Origin: a virus
Length of the DNA: 64,000 nt
Strand: one strand, 5' to 3'
IMG/VR virus record: IMGVR_UViG_3300035701_000008
Location: 32,001-96,000 of that record
The notes under the pieces were generated by a model, which saw only the letters and a program-made list of their open reading frames with translations, did no database searches and was not told where the DNA came from. The stretch's first letter is position 1. Each line of letters begins with the position of its first letter. Position numbers and translations under genes: made by a program. Below are positions 8,028 to 16,686 of this stretch, in pieces.

Positions 8028-8795
8028 ATGAGAAGCAATAATAATAATAAGCTTAAAGCTTTTGTACGTTTTGATGGTTCAGGACGTGTAGTGTCAAGTA
8101 GTTTAATTGTACAAGCATTTAAACCGAAGGTTGGTAATTGGAAAGAAATAGATGCTAAGGAGTGTTGTAATTATACATCCACCACCACATCTACTACCAC
8201 CATACAATCCACTAATTGGACTTTTGTTCCTGATCAACAATTAGTTTGGCCTATTGATCAAAATGGATATACATTATATGAAGGTGAATGGACAGCATTT
8301 GATGATGGACAAACAGTAGATTCATTTCCTTTTGTAGATGATTTTTACGCAACAGGTGTAGCTAGTACTACATTCATTATTGATACTAATGGAAGGGCTA
8401 TGGTTAATGTTAGTAATTGGGATTTATTTGGTAATGGGGGAGATTTATATATAGAACCTGGTACACCTCTTAATGATGGTGATACACAAAACTTTTGGTA
8501 TTTATCAAGTGGACCATCAACTAAATGGAAAAATAGTATATTAGTATATTGTGGACATTGCTGTGGAATTGGATTTGCAGAAAAACCATATTCTTATATA
8601 ATTAATGTATATAGAGATGATACATATCAATATTTAGAAACAAGAATTAAAACAGATAGTTCAATTTCTGGAGTACCTAATGGTGTGGTTGGTATTACTG
8701 GTGCAACAGGTGTTGCAACTGTACAATCACAAGTATGGAGAAGTGGATTATTAGGAGTAGATTGGGCATTATTAGGAAATGGTATAATAATATAA
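8028..8795 (+). CDS. Paralog of 7813 with Thr linker and C-terminal passenger domain
   Basis: LKAFVRFDGS module, ECC, TSTTTSTTT, then a beta-rich domain. Confidence 0.8.
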   Translation: MRSNNNNKLKAFVRFDGSGRVVSSSLIVQAFKPKVGNWKEIDAKECCNYTSTTTSTTTIQSTNWTFVPDQQLVWPIDQNGYTLYEGEWTAFDDGQTVDSFPFVDDFYATGVASTTFIIDTNGRAMVNVSNWDLFGNGGDLYIEPGTPLNDGDTQNFWYLSSGPSTKWKNSILVYCGHCCGIGFAEKPYSYIINVYRDDTYQYLETRIKTDSSISGVPNGVVGITGATGVATVQSQVWRSGLLGVDWALLGNGIII

Positions 8796-8810
8796 TATAA
8801 AATAAAAATC

Positions 8811-9230
8811 ATGGCATTAAAATCCCTATTTCCAGAAGAGATGATGGAAGGTAAAGGAGGAGCAACTGGTCTAACATTAGAGACTATTGCAGGGAAGTTA
8901 ACTTATTTTCACTTACAGGCACATCTCCTCCATTGGCAAACAACATCATATGCTCAACACCAAGCTCTTGGTGGATTATATGATTATGTGCATGATTTCA
9001 AAGATGGATTGATAGAGAAGATTATGGGATATACAGGTAAAAGACCTAACCCATATAAAATAGAACCTCTTACAAACTGTACAGCTGGTGAGTGTGTTAA
9101 TAATCTTCTATCTTTTGCTTCAGATTTGAAAGCGTATGGTGAGAAGAATGGTTATCATGATGTATGTAATCTAGCAGATTCATTATCTGGAGAAGCAGCT
9201 AAAGTGCGTTACTTACTAACATTGTCATAA
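8811..9230 (+). CDS. Ferritin/Dps-like protein
   Basis: HLLHWQTTSYAQHQALGGLYD...DGLIE metal-ligand pattern. Confidence 0.75.
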   Translation: MALKSLFPEEMMEGKGGATGLTLETIAGKLTYFHLQAHLLHWQTTSYAQHQALGGLYDYVHDFKDGLIEKIMGYTGKRPNPYKIEPLTNCTAGECVNNLLSFASDLKAYGEKNGYHDVCNLADSLSGEAAKVRYLLTLS

Positions 9231-9514
9231 TGGATATAAACAGAAAACATTTTCCTAAGGTGATGCAAGATAATGATGAGACATTTCTTGCACACTTAGA
9301 AGGTGTTATTTCTTCTGTTGATGAACTATGTAGCTTAGAGATAACAAAGAGCTTAGAATCATATAGATTCAGAATAGCATGTAGTCTTCCTAAGTATAAC
9401 AATATGGTGATTGAAGAAATATTGAAATTCTGTAATATGTTTAAAATAAGAATAAACATGAGTAAATCAATAAAGACAAGTTCAGTAATCAGTTTTGAAA
9501 TAACAATTAACTAA
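9230..9514 (+). CDS. Hypothetical protein
   Basis: 94 aa coupled ORF. Confidence 0.7.
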   Translation: MDINRKHFPKVMQDNDETFLAHLEGVISSVDELCSLEITKSLESYRFRIACSLPKYNNMVIEEILKFCNMFKIRINMSKSIKTSSVISFEITIN

Positions 9515-9515
9515 A

Positions 9516-9977
9516 ATGGTAAGACAACACGGTTTTGATACTAGATCTCCTGAATATCATAGAATGAGATATATATGTAAAAAGAATAAAATTTCTTTTG
9601 CAGAATATTATAATAATATAGAAAAGTATAATGTATATACTAGAAGAAAAAAACATTTACATTTAGAACAATATAGTGCTGAATATTATAAAACAATTTG
9701 GTTAAAAAAGAAATATAAAATAACCTTAGAAGAATATAATGAAATGTTAAATAAACAAAAAGGAGTTTGTGCAATTTGTGAAAATCCTGAAACAACTATT
9801 AATAAAAAAACAGGTGAGACTATTAATTTGGCTGTAGATCATGATCATTTAACAGGAAAAAACAGAGGACTTTTATGCACTTCTTGTAATAGAGGTTTAG
9901 GCTGTTTTAGAGATAGTGTTAAGTACTTAGATAATGCTAAAAAATATATAAGTAATCATAACAATAATCAAGTGTAA
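9516..9977 (+). mobile_element. Endonuclease VII-type HNH homing endonuclease
   Basis: CAIC...LAVDHDHLTGKNRGLLCTSCNRGLG. Confidence 0.85.
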
Positions 9978-10006
9978 TAACATTTGAAATAAATTTAGAA
10001 CAATAA
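9968..10006 (+). pseudogene. Relic 3' end of the 9230 gene
   Basis: Reads SSVITFEINLEQ* versus SSVISFEITIN* at the end of 9230..9514. Confidence 0.65.
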
Positions 10007-10992
10007 TGGCAACATTTATAAAAGCTGGATTTTGGGAGCAATTATGTAAACCTTGTACAGGATACAAAGGATGGCTTAATTTAACAAAGTTTGTACAGGA
10101 TACAGCTTCTGAAATAGTAGGTCCTCAAGGTCCTCAAGGAGTGCAAGGCCCACAAGGAATACAAGGAGTACAAGGAGATCAAGGAATACAAGGTGAAACA
10201 GGAGAACAAGGAACAGCAGGTAATTCTGTTACAATTCTTGGTTCATATGCAAATTTAGCAGCATTTAATGCTGGTGCAGGTTCTTTACCTGGAGCTAATA
10301 TAGGTGATGCATGGATTCTTTTATCTGATGGTAGCCTTATGACATGGAATGGCACAGCATGGTTTGATGCTGGAGATATAAAAGGTCCACAAGGTGATCA
10401 GGGAATTCAAGGAATACAGGGACCTCAAGGAGAACAGGGTATTCAGGGGGTACAAGGTATACAAGGACCTGTTGCTCCTTCTACTAGTTTGTTTGCTCAA
10501 ACAGCAAACTCAACACCTGTAACAGGAACTATAGTAGAAAGTACATTAATAGGTACAGGAGTAGGAAGTTTATCTGTTCCTGCAAATGGATTTCAAGTGG
10601 GGGATAGTTTTAGAGCTGTATTTGGTGGTGTTATGAATGCTGCAAATAACCAGACTATTAGAATTAAATTAAAAGCTGGTTCTGTTATTCTTTTAGATAG
10701 TGGTATACAAGATCTTGGAAGTAGTATTGTAGATGATGTATGGAGTTTAAATGTTGATTTTACAATCAGACAAGTTGGAGCTGCTACTGTAGCATCTATC
10801 GTATCATTAGGATCTTTTCATTACACAAAAACTAACAATGCTTCTGTTCAAGGATTTGGTTTTAATGTTGTAAACAATACAACATTCAATACAACAATTA
10901 GCAATACATTAAATTTCACTGTACAATGGGGATCTACTAGTGGTAGTAATTCTATTTATAGTGATATATTTATATTAAACAAAACGTACTAA
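10006..10992 (+). CDS. Collagen-repeat fibre protein
   Basis: Two (GxQ)n blocks and a globular C-terminal domain. Confidence 0.85.
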   Translation: MATFIKAGFWEQLCKPCTGYKGWLNLTKFVQDTASEIVGPQGPQGVQGPQGIQGVQGDQGIQGETGEQGTAGNSVTILGSYANLAAFNAGAGSLPGANIGDAWILLSDGSLMTWNGTAWFDAGDIKGPQGDQGIQGIQGPQGEQGIQGVQGIQGPVAPSTSLFAQTANSTPVTGTIVESTLIGTGVGSLSVPANGFQVGDSFRAVFGGVMNAANNQTIRIKLKAGSVILLDSGIQDLGSSIVDDVWSLNVDFTIRQVGAATVASIVSLGSFHYTKTNNASVQGFGFNVVNNTTFNTTISNTLNFTVQWGSTSGSNSIYSDIFILNKTY

Positions 10993-11057
10993 ATAAATTT
11001 GTTTATTACAAAAACATTATTTACTTTTACTGTTAATTTTTTAAAAACCAATTTATT

Positions 11058-11312
11058 ATGGCAACTTACAATCCTGCTAAAAAGTACACATGGACTCCTG
11101 AAGACACATTCACTATCTCAGGACAAGATTTCGGTCTAATTCTAAACACTGTTAGATCTTATTTATCATCAGAAGAAGCAGCACGCTTTCAATTGATGGT
11201 TAAAGCTAATGAAGTGGTTGAGAGATTAATGATAGAAGGTGTAGAAGCTGATATCATTAAGGAAGTCTCAGAAAATCCTACAGAAGCTCCTACAATGCAA
11301 GTTGTAGATTAA
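11058..11312 (+). CDS. Hypothetical protein
   Basis: 84 aa, downstream of a TACTTTTA promoter-like element at 11022-11029. Confidence 0.7.
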   Translation: MATYNPAKKYTWTPEDTFTISGQDFGLILNTVRSYLSSEEAARFQLMVKANEVVERLMIEGVEADIIKEVSENPTEAPTMQVVD

Positions 11313-11370
11313 CATTAACATACCTGTTGGGTGAAGAATAACAGGTGTTCCAGAACAAAAGCACTTCTCT

Positions 11371-11574
11371 ATGAGAATATACGAACCAAAGAATAGAATA
11401 GATGTTACAACACCCAAGGGAGATGGGATAATATGGCTTGTTACAGAATATGGACCAGAGACAGACACCATCTATACAATTATAATAGACAATACAGGTG
11501 AGATGTGGCAATACACTCACAAAGATATAATCGTTAAACCCAATATAACATTTAAACGCTATGGCAACAATTAA
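11371..11574 (+). CDS. Hypothetical protein
   Basis: 67 aa ORF. Confidence 0.65.
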   Translation: MRIYEPKNRIDVTTPKGDGIIWLVTEYGPETDTIYTIIIDNTGEMWQYTHKDIIVKPNITFKRYGNN

Positions 11575-11938
11575 AAAAGCACAATCTGGATCTAAATTAA
11601 AAAAAGACGAATTTAGATTAAAAGCTCTTAAGTTTGAAGAAACTAAAAAACAGAACGCTATAAACAATTCTAGAGAAGATGCTAAAAGAGCTGAAAAAAA
11701 TATAGAAAAAAGGCCTCGTTTAGAAGGTAAGAAAATGAAGAACGGTGGTTCTTTATCTGGACTTAAAGCCTCCAACAAAAGAGTTGGTCCTGTAGATCCT
11801 AAAGGAGCATTCACAAAGGTGCAAAAGAAAACATTAGCTGGTGCTAAAGGAAAAGCTTCTCTTACAAAAGATAAGCAACTTGGTGCTACAAAAATGGCTA
11901 AGACTGGTGCTAAAATGTCTAAAGGTAAAAAATGCTAA
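11561..11938 (+). CDS. Lys-rich basic protein
   Basis: KAQSG, KMKNGG and AKTGA motifs. Confidence 0.75.
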   Translation: MATIKKAQSGSKLKKDEFRLKALKFEETKKQNAINNSREDAKRAEKNIEKRPRLEGKKMKNGGSLSGLKASNKRVGPVDPKGAFTKVQKKTLAGAKGKASLTKDKQLGATKMAKTGAKMSKGKKC

Positions 11939-11941
11939 GTA

Positions 11942-12184
11942 ATGGCTACAGCTAAAAAGATTAGTTGCTGGAAAGGTTATGCTAAGAAAGGCACAAAGAA
12001 GAAAGGAAATAAGACAGTGAACAACTGTGTTAAAATCACGCCTAAAGCTAAAGATGGTAAGTGGATACAAAAAGCAATTAATCCTGCACATAAGGGATAT
12101 TGCACTCCTATGACCAAAGCTACATGCACTCCCAAACGTAAAGCTCTTGCTAAAACATTACGTAAAATATCTAAAAAGAAATAA
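11942..12184 (+). CDS. Lys-rich basic protein
   Basis: CWKGY...NNCVK module, AKDG, WIQKAI...ALAKTL module. Confidence 0.75.
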   Translation: MATAKKISCWKGYAKKGTKKKGNKTVNNCVKITPKAKDGKWIQKAINPAHKGYCTPMTKATCTPKRKALAKTLRKISKKK

Positions 12185-12186
12185 TT

Positions 12187-12486
12187 ATGTCTAAGTTAAA
12201 TCCTCAGAAAGCTACAGCATATGTAGGCCCTGGTGTATTACGTAAAGGTGGTAAAATTACTCCTGTTCCTAATGGTCCTCTTATTAAGAAGAAGGGCCCT
12301 TTTAAAGGAAGCACATTGAAAGCTGGTGGTATGATTAAACGTGCTGATGGTTCTATGTCAAGAAGAGGACTTTGGGATAATTTGAGAAGCAAAGCAGCTC
12401 AAAATAAAAAGACTGGTGCAAAACCTAAATCTCCTAGTAAAGCAATGTTGACTCAGGAGAAAAAAATAAAATCTAAAGGAAAATGA
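12187..12486 (+). CDS. Lys-rich basic protein
   Basis: LRKGG, LKAGG and GLWDNLR motifs. Confidence 0.75.
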   Translation: MSKLNPQKATAYVGPGVLRKGGKITPVPNGPLIKKKGPFKGSTLKAGGMIKRADGSMSRRGLWDNLRSKAAQNKKTGAKPKSPSKAMLTQEKKIKSKGK

Positions 12487-13106
12487 TATTAGATATTAGT
12501 AATGAACATAAACAAAAATACTTTTCTCAGAAAGAGAAAGGAGGAGTTATTTATAAAATTACTAATCAAATTGATGGTAAATTCTATATAGGAAGTACAA
12601 ACAATTTGATAAAAAGATATTACACTCATATTAACCACATAAGAACTAATAAATCTACATGTGTAAAACTGATTAGAGCAGTTAATAAACATGGAGAAGA
12701 TAACTTCACATTTGAAATTTTATGTGAATGTTCTACTGAAGAAATACTAAAGACTGAACAAAGTTACATAGATAGTTTAAATCCTACTTATAACATTGCT
12801 AAAATTGCTGGAAGTAATCTTGGAATTAAGAGAACAGAAGAAGTTAAACTTAAAAAATCTATATCTCAAAAAGAAAATTGGAAAGATGATGATTATAGAA
12901 GTAAACATTTAGAAAATTTATCAAAGAATTGGAAAAGTGGAGCTTCTCATAGAATGGCTAAGCTTACAGAAGAACAAGTAATTGAAATTAAAAAACAATT
13001 AGCAAGTGGTCTTTTACCTAAACAGGTAGCAGATAAACTTGAACTTAGTTATTACTCTATAAAAGATATTCATAGAGGAAAGACTTGGAAAAATATAAAC
13101 ATTTAA
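12483..13106 (+). mobile_element. GIY-YIG homing endonuclease
   Basis: GVIYKITN...FYIGST, NUMOD3-like segment, C-terminal HTH. Confidence 0.9.
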
Positions 13107-13118
13107 AACTAAGAAATA

Positions 13119-13388
13119 ATGGCAACACCAGCATGGACTAGATCTGAAGGAAAAGATCCAAAAGGAGGATTAAATAGAAAAGGAGTGGCTTCATATAGAA
13201 AAGCTAATCCTGGAAGTAAATTAAAAATGGCTGTTACAACAAAACCTTCCAAACTTAAACCTGGAAGTAAATCAGCTAATAGAAGAAAATCATTCTGTGC
13301 AAGAATGTCAGGAGTAAAAGGTCCTGCAAAGAAACCTAATGGAGAACCTACAAGAAAAACTCTTGCTCTTCGTAAATGGAATTGTTAA
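13119..13388 (+). CDS. Basic phage protein (DUF6321-like)
   Basis: PAWTRSEGKDPKGGLN...RRKSFCARM...LRKWNC. Confidence 0.75.
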   Translation: MATPAWTRSEGKDPKGGLNRKGVASYRKANPGSKLKMAVTTKPSKLKPGSKSANRRKSFCARMSGVKGPAKKPNGEPTRKTLALRKWNC

Positions 13389-13408
13389 CAATTAAACAAT
13401 AATATATT

Positions 13409-13891
13409 ATGGCAATTATGAAAAAACCTGCTAAAAAAATGCAAGCAGGAGGTTCTTTAAAACCTACATACAAAAACTTAGGACTTGCTAGATCTGCATC
13501 TAATAATGCAGCAGGTAGAGATACTAATACACCAGCTACTAAAAAGGATAGTCTTGATTATAAAAAAGGATTTGACATGGGTAAAGCTGGTAAAAAACCT
13601 AGTTCTCTTAGAGCTAAGTATGAAGGTAAAAATCAATATGAAGAAAAAGGGAGATGGGAAGGACAAAACTCTACAAAAACTAAAACTATGAAAAAAGCTA
13701 AAAATGGTAAATCATTTCCTGATTTAAACAAAGATGGAAAGATTACAAAAGCTGATATTCTTAAAGGACGTGGTGTTATAGCTAAGAAAGGTGCTACAGT
13801 TAAGAAAGCACAATATGGTGGAGCAACTGCTTCTATGGTGCCTATGAAATCTGGTGGCAAAATGACCAAATGCAAATACGGGTGTAACTAA
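13409..13891 (+). CDS. Lys-rich basic protein with EF-hand-like loop
   Basis: MQAGG, AKNG, AKKG, AQYGG, MKSGG and DLNKDGKITKAD. Confidence 0.75.
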   Translation: MAIMKKPAKKMQAGGSLKPTYKNLGLARSASNNAAGRDTNTPATKKDSLDYKKGFDMGKAGKKPSSLRAKYEGKNQYEEKGRWEGQNSTKTKTMKKAKNGKSFPDLNKDGKITKADILKGRGVIAKKGATVKKAQYGGATASMVPMKSGGKMTKCKYGCN

Positions 13892-14052
13892 TGACTTCTG
13901 GTAAAGCTAAAAAGAGTGGTAAGCCTAGAATGGCTCCTAAAGTGGGTATTCCTAAGAAGGATAAACCATTCTCACAGAATAAGTCTATGGATGATAAAAT
14001 CAGAAGAACTTCTGCTCAGCAACCAATGAAAAAGAAAAGTTTAGCAAAATAA
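13891..14052 (+). CDS. Small basic protein (53 aa)
   Basis: Not in track. MTSGKAKKSGKPRMAPKVG..., TAATG-coupled. Confidence 0.65.
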   Translation: MTSGKAKKSGKPRMAPKVGIPKKDKPFSQNKSMDDKIRRTSAQQPMKKKSLAK

Positions 14053-14053
14053 T

Positions 14054-14080
14054 AAAAGCCTCTATTAAGAGGCTTTTTTT
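14054..14080. terminator. Bidirectional intrinsic terminator
   Basis: AAAAGCCTCT-atta-AGAGGCTTTTTTT at the convergence of the two transcription blocks. Confidence 0.85.
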
Positions 14081-14696
14081 ATAATTGTTTTTTTAATTTA
14101 CTTCCCCAAGAGGATACATTTGAAGCATGTTCTAAATAATATCTCCATTCTTCTGGAATTTCATTTAAATACCAAGGAACATGCTTAATACAATAAGGTT
14201 TATCTAACCTAATTGCATTATAAGTGAATGGTGAGTTAGGTGGATATAATGCAAATGTAGTGTCTATATCAGCAATCCAACCATGTTCATTTTTATTAAC
14301 CCAGAACTTACTTTCCCAGTTTATTATATTCTGTCTAAGAGGTGTTTCAGGTAGATCTAAATCTAAAGAGAATCCTACCTTTATATTATCTTTTGCAATG
14401 TTTAACATTACATCTAGCCAATCATCTGGAACTCCTTCATAAGAACAATCTGAATCAGCTATTATAAAATAATCTGTTAAGTGTTGTTTTAAGTCATCTC
14501 CCCATACACTATGAGGACCTCCATTAACTTTAGAATATACAATCTCTACAGGACAAGTTTTGTAGTATTCTAACAATGGTGGGTATGTAGATTGTTGATC
14601 ATATATAATCACATCTATTCTACTCTCCTTAGATAGAAATTCTACTGTTTCTTTGAGTGTAGATAGGAGATTTCTATTTACTATTATTGCTTTCAT
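14079..14696 (-). CDS. GT2-like glycosyltransferase
   Basis: IIVNRN...IIYDQQSTYPPL, ADSD (DxD), ADIDTTFALY. Confidence 0.75.
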   Translation of the reverse strand: MKAIIVNRNLLSTLKETVEFLSKESRIDVIIYDQQSTYPPLLEYYKTCPVEIVYSKVNGGPHSVWGDDLKQHLTDYFIIADSDCSYEGVPDDWLDVMLNIAKDNIKVGFSLDLDLPETPLRQNIINWESKFWVNKNEHGWIADIDTTFALYPPNSPFTYNAIRLDKPYCIKHVPWYLNEIPEEWRYYLEHASNVSSWGSKLKKQL

Positions 14697-15447
14697 TAAG
14701 AAAATCTTTTAGCATTTGTGAGTAGTCTTTATTCCAATGAGGAATAAGTTGAACATTTCCTGTGGGAATCAAATCTTTTTTTCTTAAATCTTCTATATAG
14801 TCACTGTGTCTTTGTATAACATTAGGTCTATCAGGAGTATCTGTTCCAAGACCAGATTGATGATAACCTCTACCACCCCACATATAAAACCAAGAGGCTT
14901 CTGATTCAGGCATTTTTGCATCAACAACATATTGTCTACCTAGAGCATGTATCTTATTAACTAATGTCATATCACCTCCAGCATTTTGTATAGGACTTTT
15001 ACCTATTTGCTCCCAAACTTTTTTACTATATACAATACCTGAATTACCAAGACCCATTATTTTTGTTATCTCAGGCTCATTATAAAATACACCTGTTTCC
15101 CAATGAATAATATTTGTATCTTCTTTCCAAAACTTAGCTATATTAGATAGGTGATTTGGTAAAGCTACATCATCATCATCCCATACAGCTATTAATTCTC
15201 CAGAGCATTGTTCTATTGCAAAATTTTCTTTATCTCCTATAGTGGCAAATGTTCCATCTATATTATAAATCTTTATTTCTGGATGATTATACACTAACTT
15301 CTGTAGAGGGTAATCATTAACTATAATAAGTTCTTTCTTACCAGGATACTCTTGTTGGAGGAAACTTTGTATTGCTTCCTCCAGAGTATCTACTCTTCCA
15401 TAAGTAATACATTTTGCAGAAATCATAGGAAATTCTTTATTTTCCAT
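14674..15447 (-). CDS. GT2 family glycosyltransferase
   Basis: CITYGR...AIQSFLQQEY...LIIVND and WDDDD. Confidence 0.9.
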   Translation of the reverse strand: MENKEFPMISAKCITYGRVDTLEEAIQSFLQQEYPGKKELIIVNDYPLQKLVYNHPEIKIYNIDGTFATIGDKENFAIEQCSGELIAVWDDDDVALPNHLSNIAKFWKEDTNIIHWETGVFYNEPEITKIMGLGNSGIVYSKKVWEQIGKSPIQNAGGDMTLVNKIHALGRQYVVDAKMPESEASWFYMWGGRGYHQSGLGTDTPDRPNVIQRHSDYIEDLRKKDLIPTGNVQLIPHWNKDYSQMLKDFLNESNNSK

Positions 15448-15448
15448 A

Positions 15449-16075
15449 TTATAAATATTTAAAATTTGTTTTGTTTCTGTTTCTATTATTTAACATGGCA
15501 CTTAACGTACAAGGTTTCATATTAATACTTTCTGCAGCTTTTTTACAAGTATCAAATTTTTCACCAGTAACAATATTAATAACATATTTAGATGTATTGT
15601 TTCTATAGTTTTTATTTTTTCCTTTAGCTGCTAAAGATTTTTTAACTTTATCTTCTTCTGATAATTTTTTACCTTTATTTCCTTTAGAAATTTTATCTTT
15701 ATGTTCTTGAGTTAATGTTCTACCAATATTTTTAGCTCCACATTTTTTATTTATTTCTTTAGATGATCCAACTCTACCATCTCCTCCATTAGTATGGTTT
15801 ACTAAAATACCTGTTTGTAAATCTTCTCTACCATATAAAGAAATTAATCTTTGCTCTTCTAAAAAAGCTTCTTCTTTTGTACACTTATCAAGAACTATAT
15901 CAACTATAAAACCATATTTAGAAGATGTATTGTGCCAAAATTCACTACGACTTCTTAATCCTTTCCAATTAACAGCATTAGCTCTTTGATAATTATCAAA
16001 AGATAATAACCCTCCTACACCTATGTAAAAGGGTTGATTATTATCTTTTCTTATATGTACATAAACATAAGCCAT
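15449..16075 (-). mobile_element. GIY-YIG-like homing endonuclease with NUMOD3/NUMOD1
   Basis: AYVYVH...FYIGVG, LVNHTNGGDG, two NUMOD3-like repeats. Confidence 0.85.
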
Positions 16076-16076
16076 A

Positions 16077-16118
16077 TTATATTGTTATACATTTGCAACT
16101 AATGAAAGGATATTCCAT
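16077..16118 (-). pseudogene. Relic 5' end of the GT2 gene
   Basis: MEYPFISCKCITI* versus MENKEFPMISAKCITYGR. Confidence 0.75.
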
Positions 16119-16120
16119 AA

Positions 16121-16405
16121 TTACAGTATTTCTACTATATCAAATATAGAAACTAATAATACACTAGTATCACCTTTAGGAATAACTAACGATTTGCTTA
16201 ATGCTGCAGGATCTACAAACACACTAGCTCCTACAACAAGATCTGGATCTGTAATAGCTGTACCTACAGAATGCACTGTAAGACTAGACATCTTCTTAAT
16301 CATTTCTTTTTCTAAAGCTTCTTTTGTATTCTCATCTACAATAAGCTTACCTTCTTCTTTCTTTGGGAGTTCTAAATAAACTCTGTTTCCTAATAATTTA
16401 GCCAT
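16121..16405 (-). CDS. groES: GroES-like co-chaperonin
   Basis: LLGNRVYL...VHSVG...LVVGASV...LLVSIFDIV pattern. Confidence 0.65.
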   Translation of the reverse strand: MAKLLGNRVYLELPKKEEGKLIVDENTKEALEKEMIKKMSSLTVHSVGTAITDPDLVVGASVFVDPAALSKSLVIPKGDTSVLLVSIFDIVEIL

Positions 16406-16411
16406 GGTTAT

Positions 16412-16681
16412 TTATTTTTCTGTTTTTTTAAAAAATCTTTCAGCATCTGCTGCATTCAATATAATTTCTGATTGTACTGTTTCTCTAACAGTTTTATATC
16501 CTTTCATCTTATTAGTTCTAATATCAATGTCAGGTTGTTGTGTAACACGTTCATTGAAATCATCTAATATAACAATAAGACTTCCATCTTCATTAGTTAA
16601 GGATCTAATCACCTTGTTAATGTTTAAAGAGGCTTTATATTCCTTGTCAGCTATTACAGCTGTGTAAATAAATTGATTCAT
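16412..16681 (-). CDS. Hypothetical protein
   Basis: 89 aa ORF. Confidence 0.7.
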   Translation of the reverse strand: MNQFIYTAVIADKEYKASLNINKVIRSLTNEDGSLIVILDDFNERVTQQPDIDIRTNKMKGYKTVRETVQSEIILNAADAERFFKKTEK

Positions 16682-16686
16682 GTTGG

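Noticed and set aside
13102-13119. Relic gene end (FKTKK*) after the GIY-YIG at 12483
   Set aside because: It fits the end-duplication pattern but is too short and A-rich to support.
6185-16075. Group I introns around the homing endonucleases
   Set aside because: The flanks are only a few nucleotides long with no room for an intron core, and the neighbouring genes are complete.
16088-16095. Plus-strand TACATTTG antisense promoter
   Set aside because: It falls inside the relic GT coding sequence (CKCI codons) and is probably a chance match.
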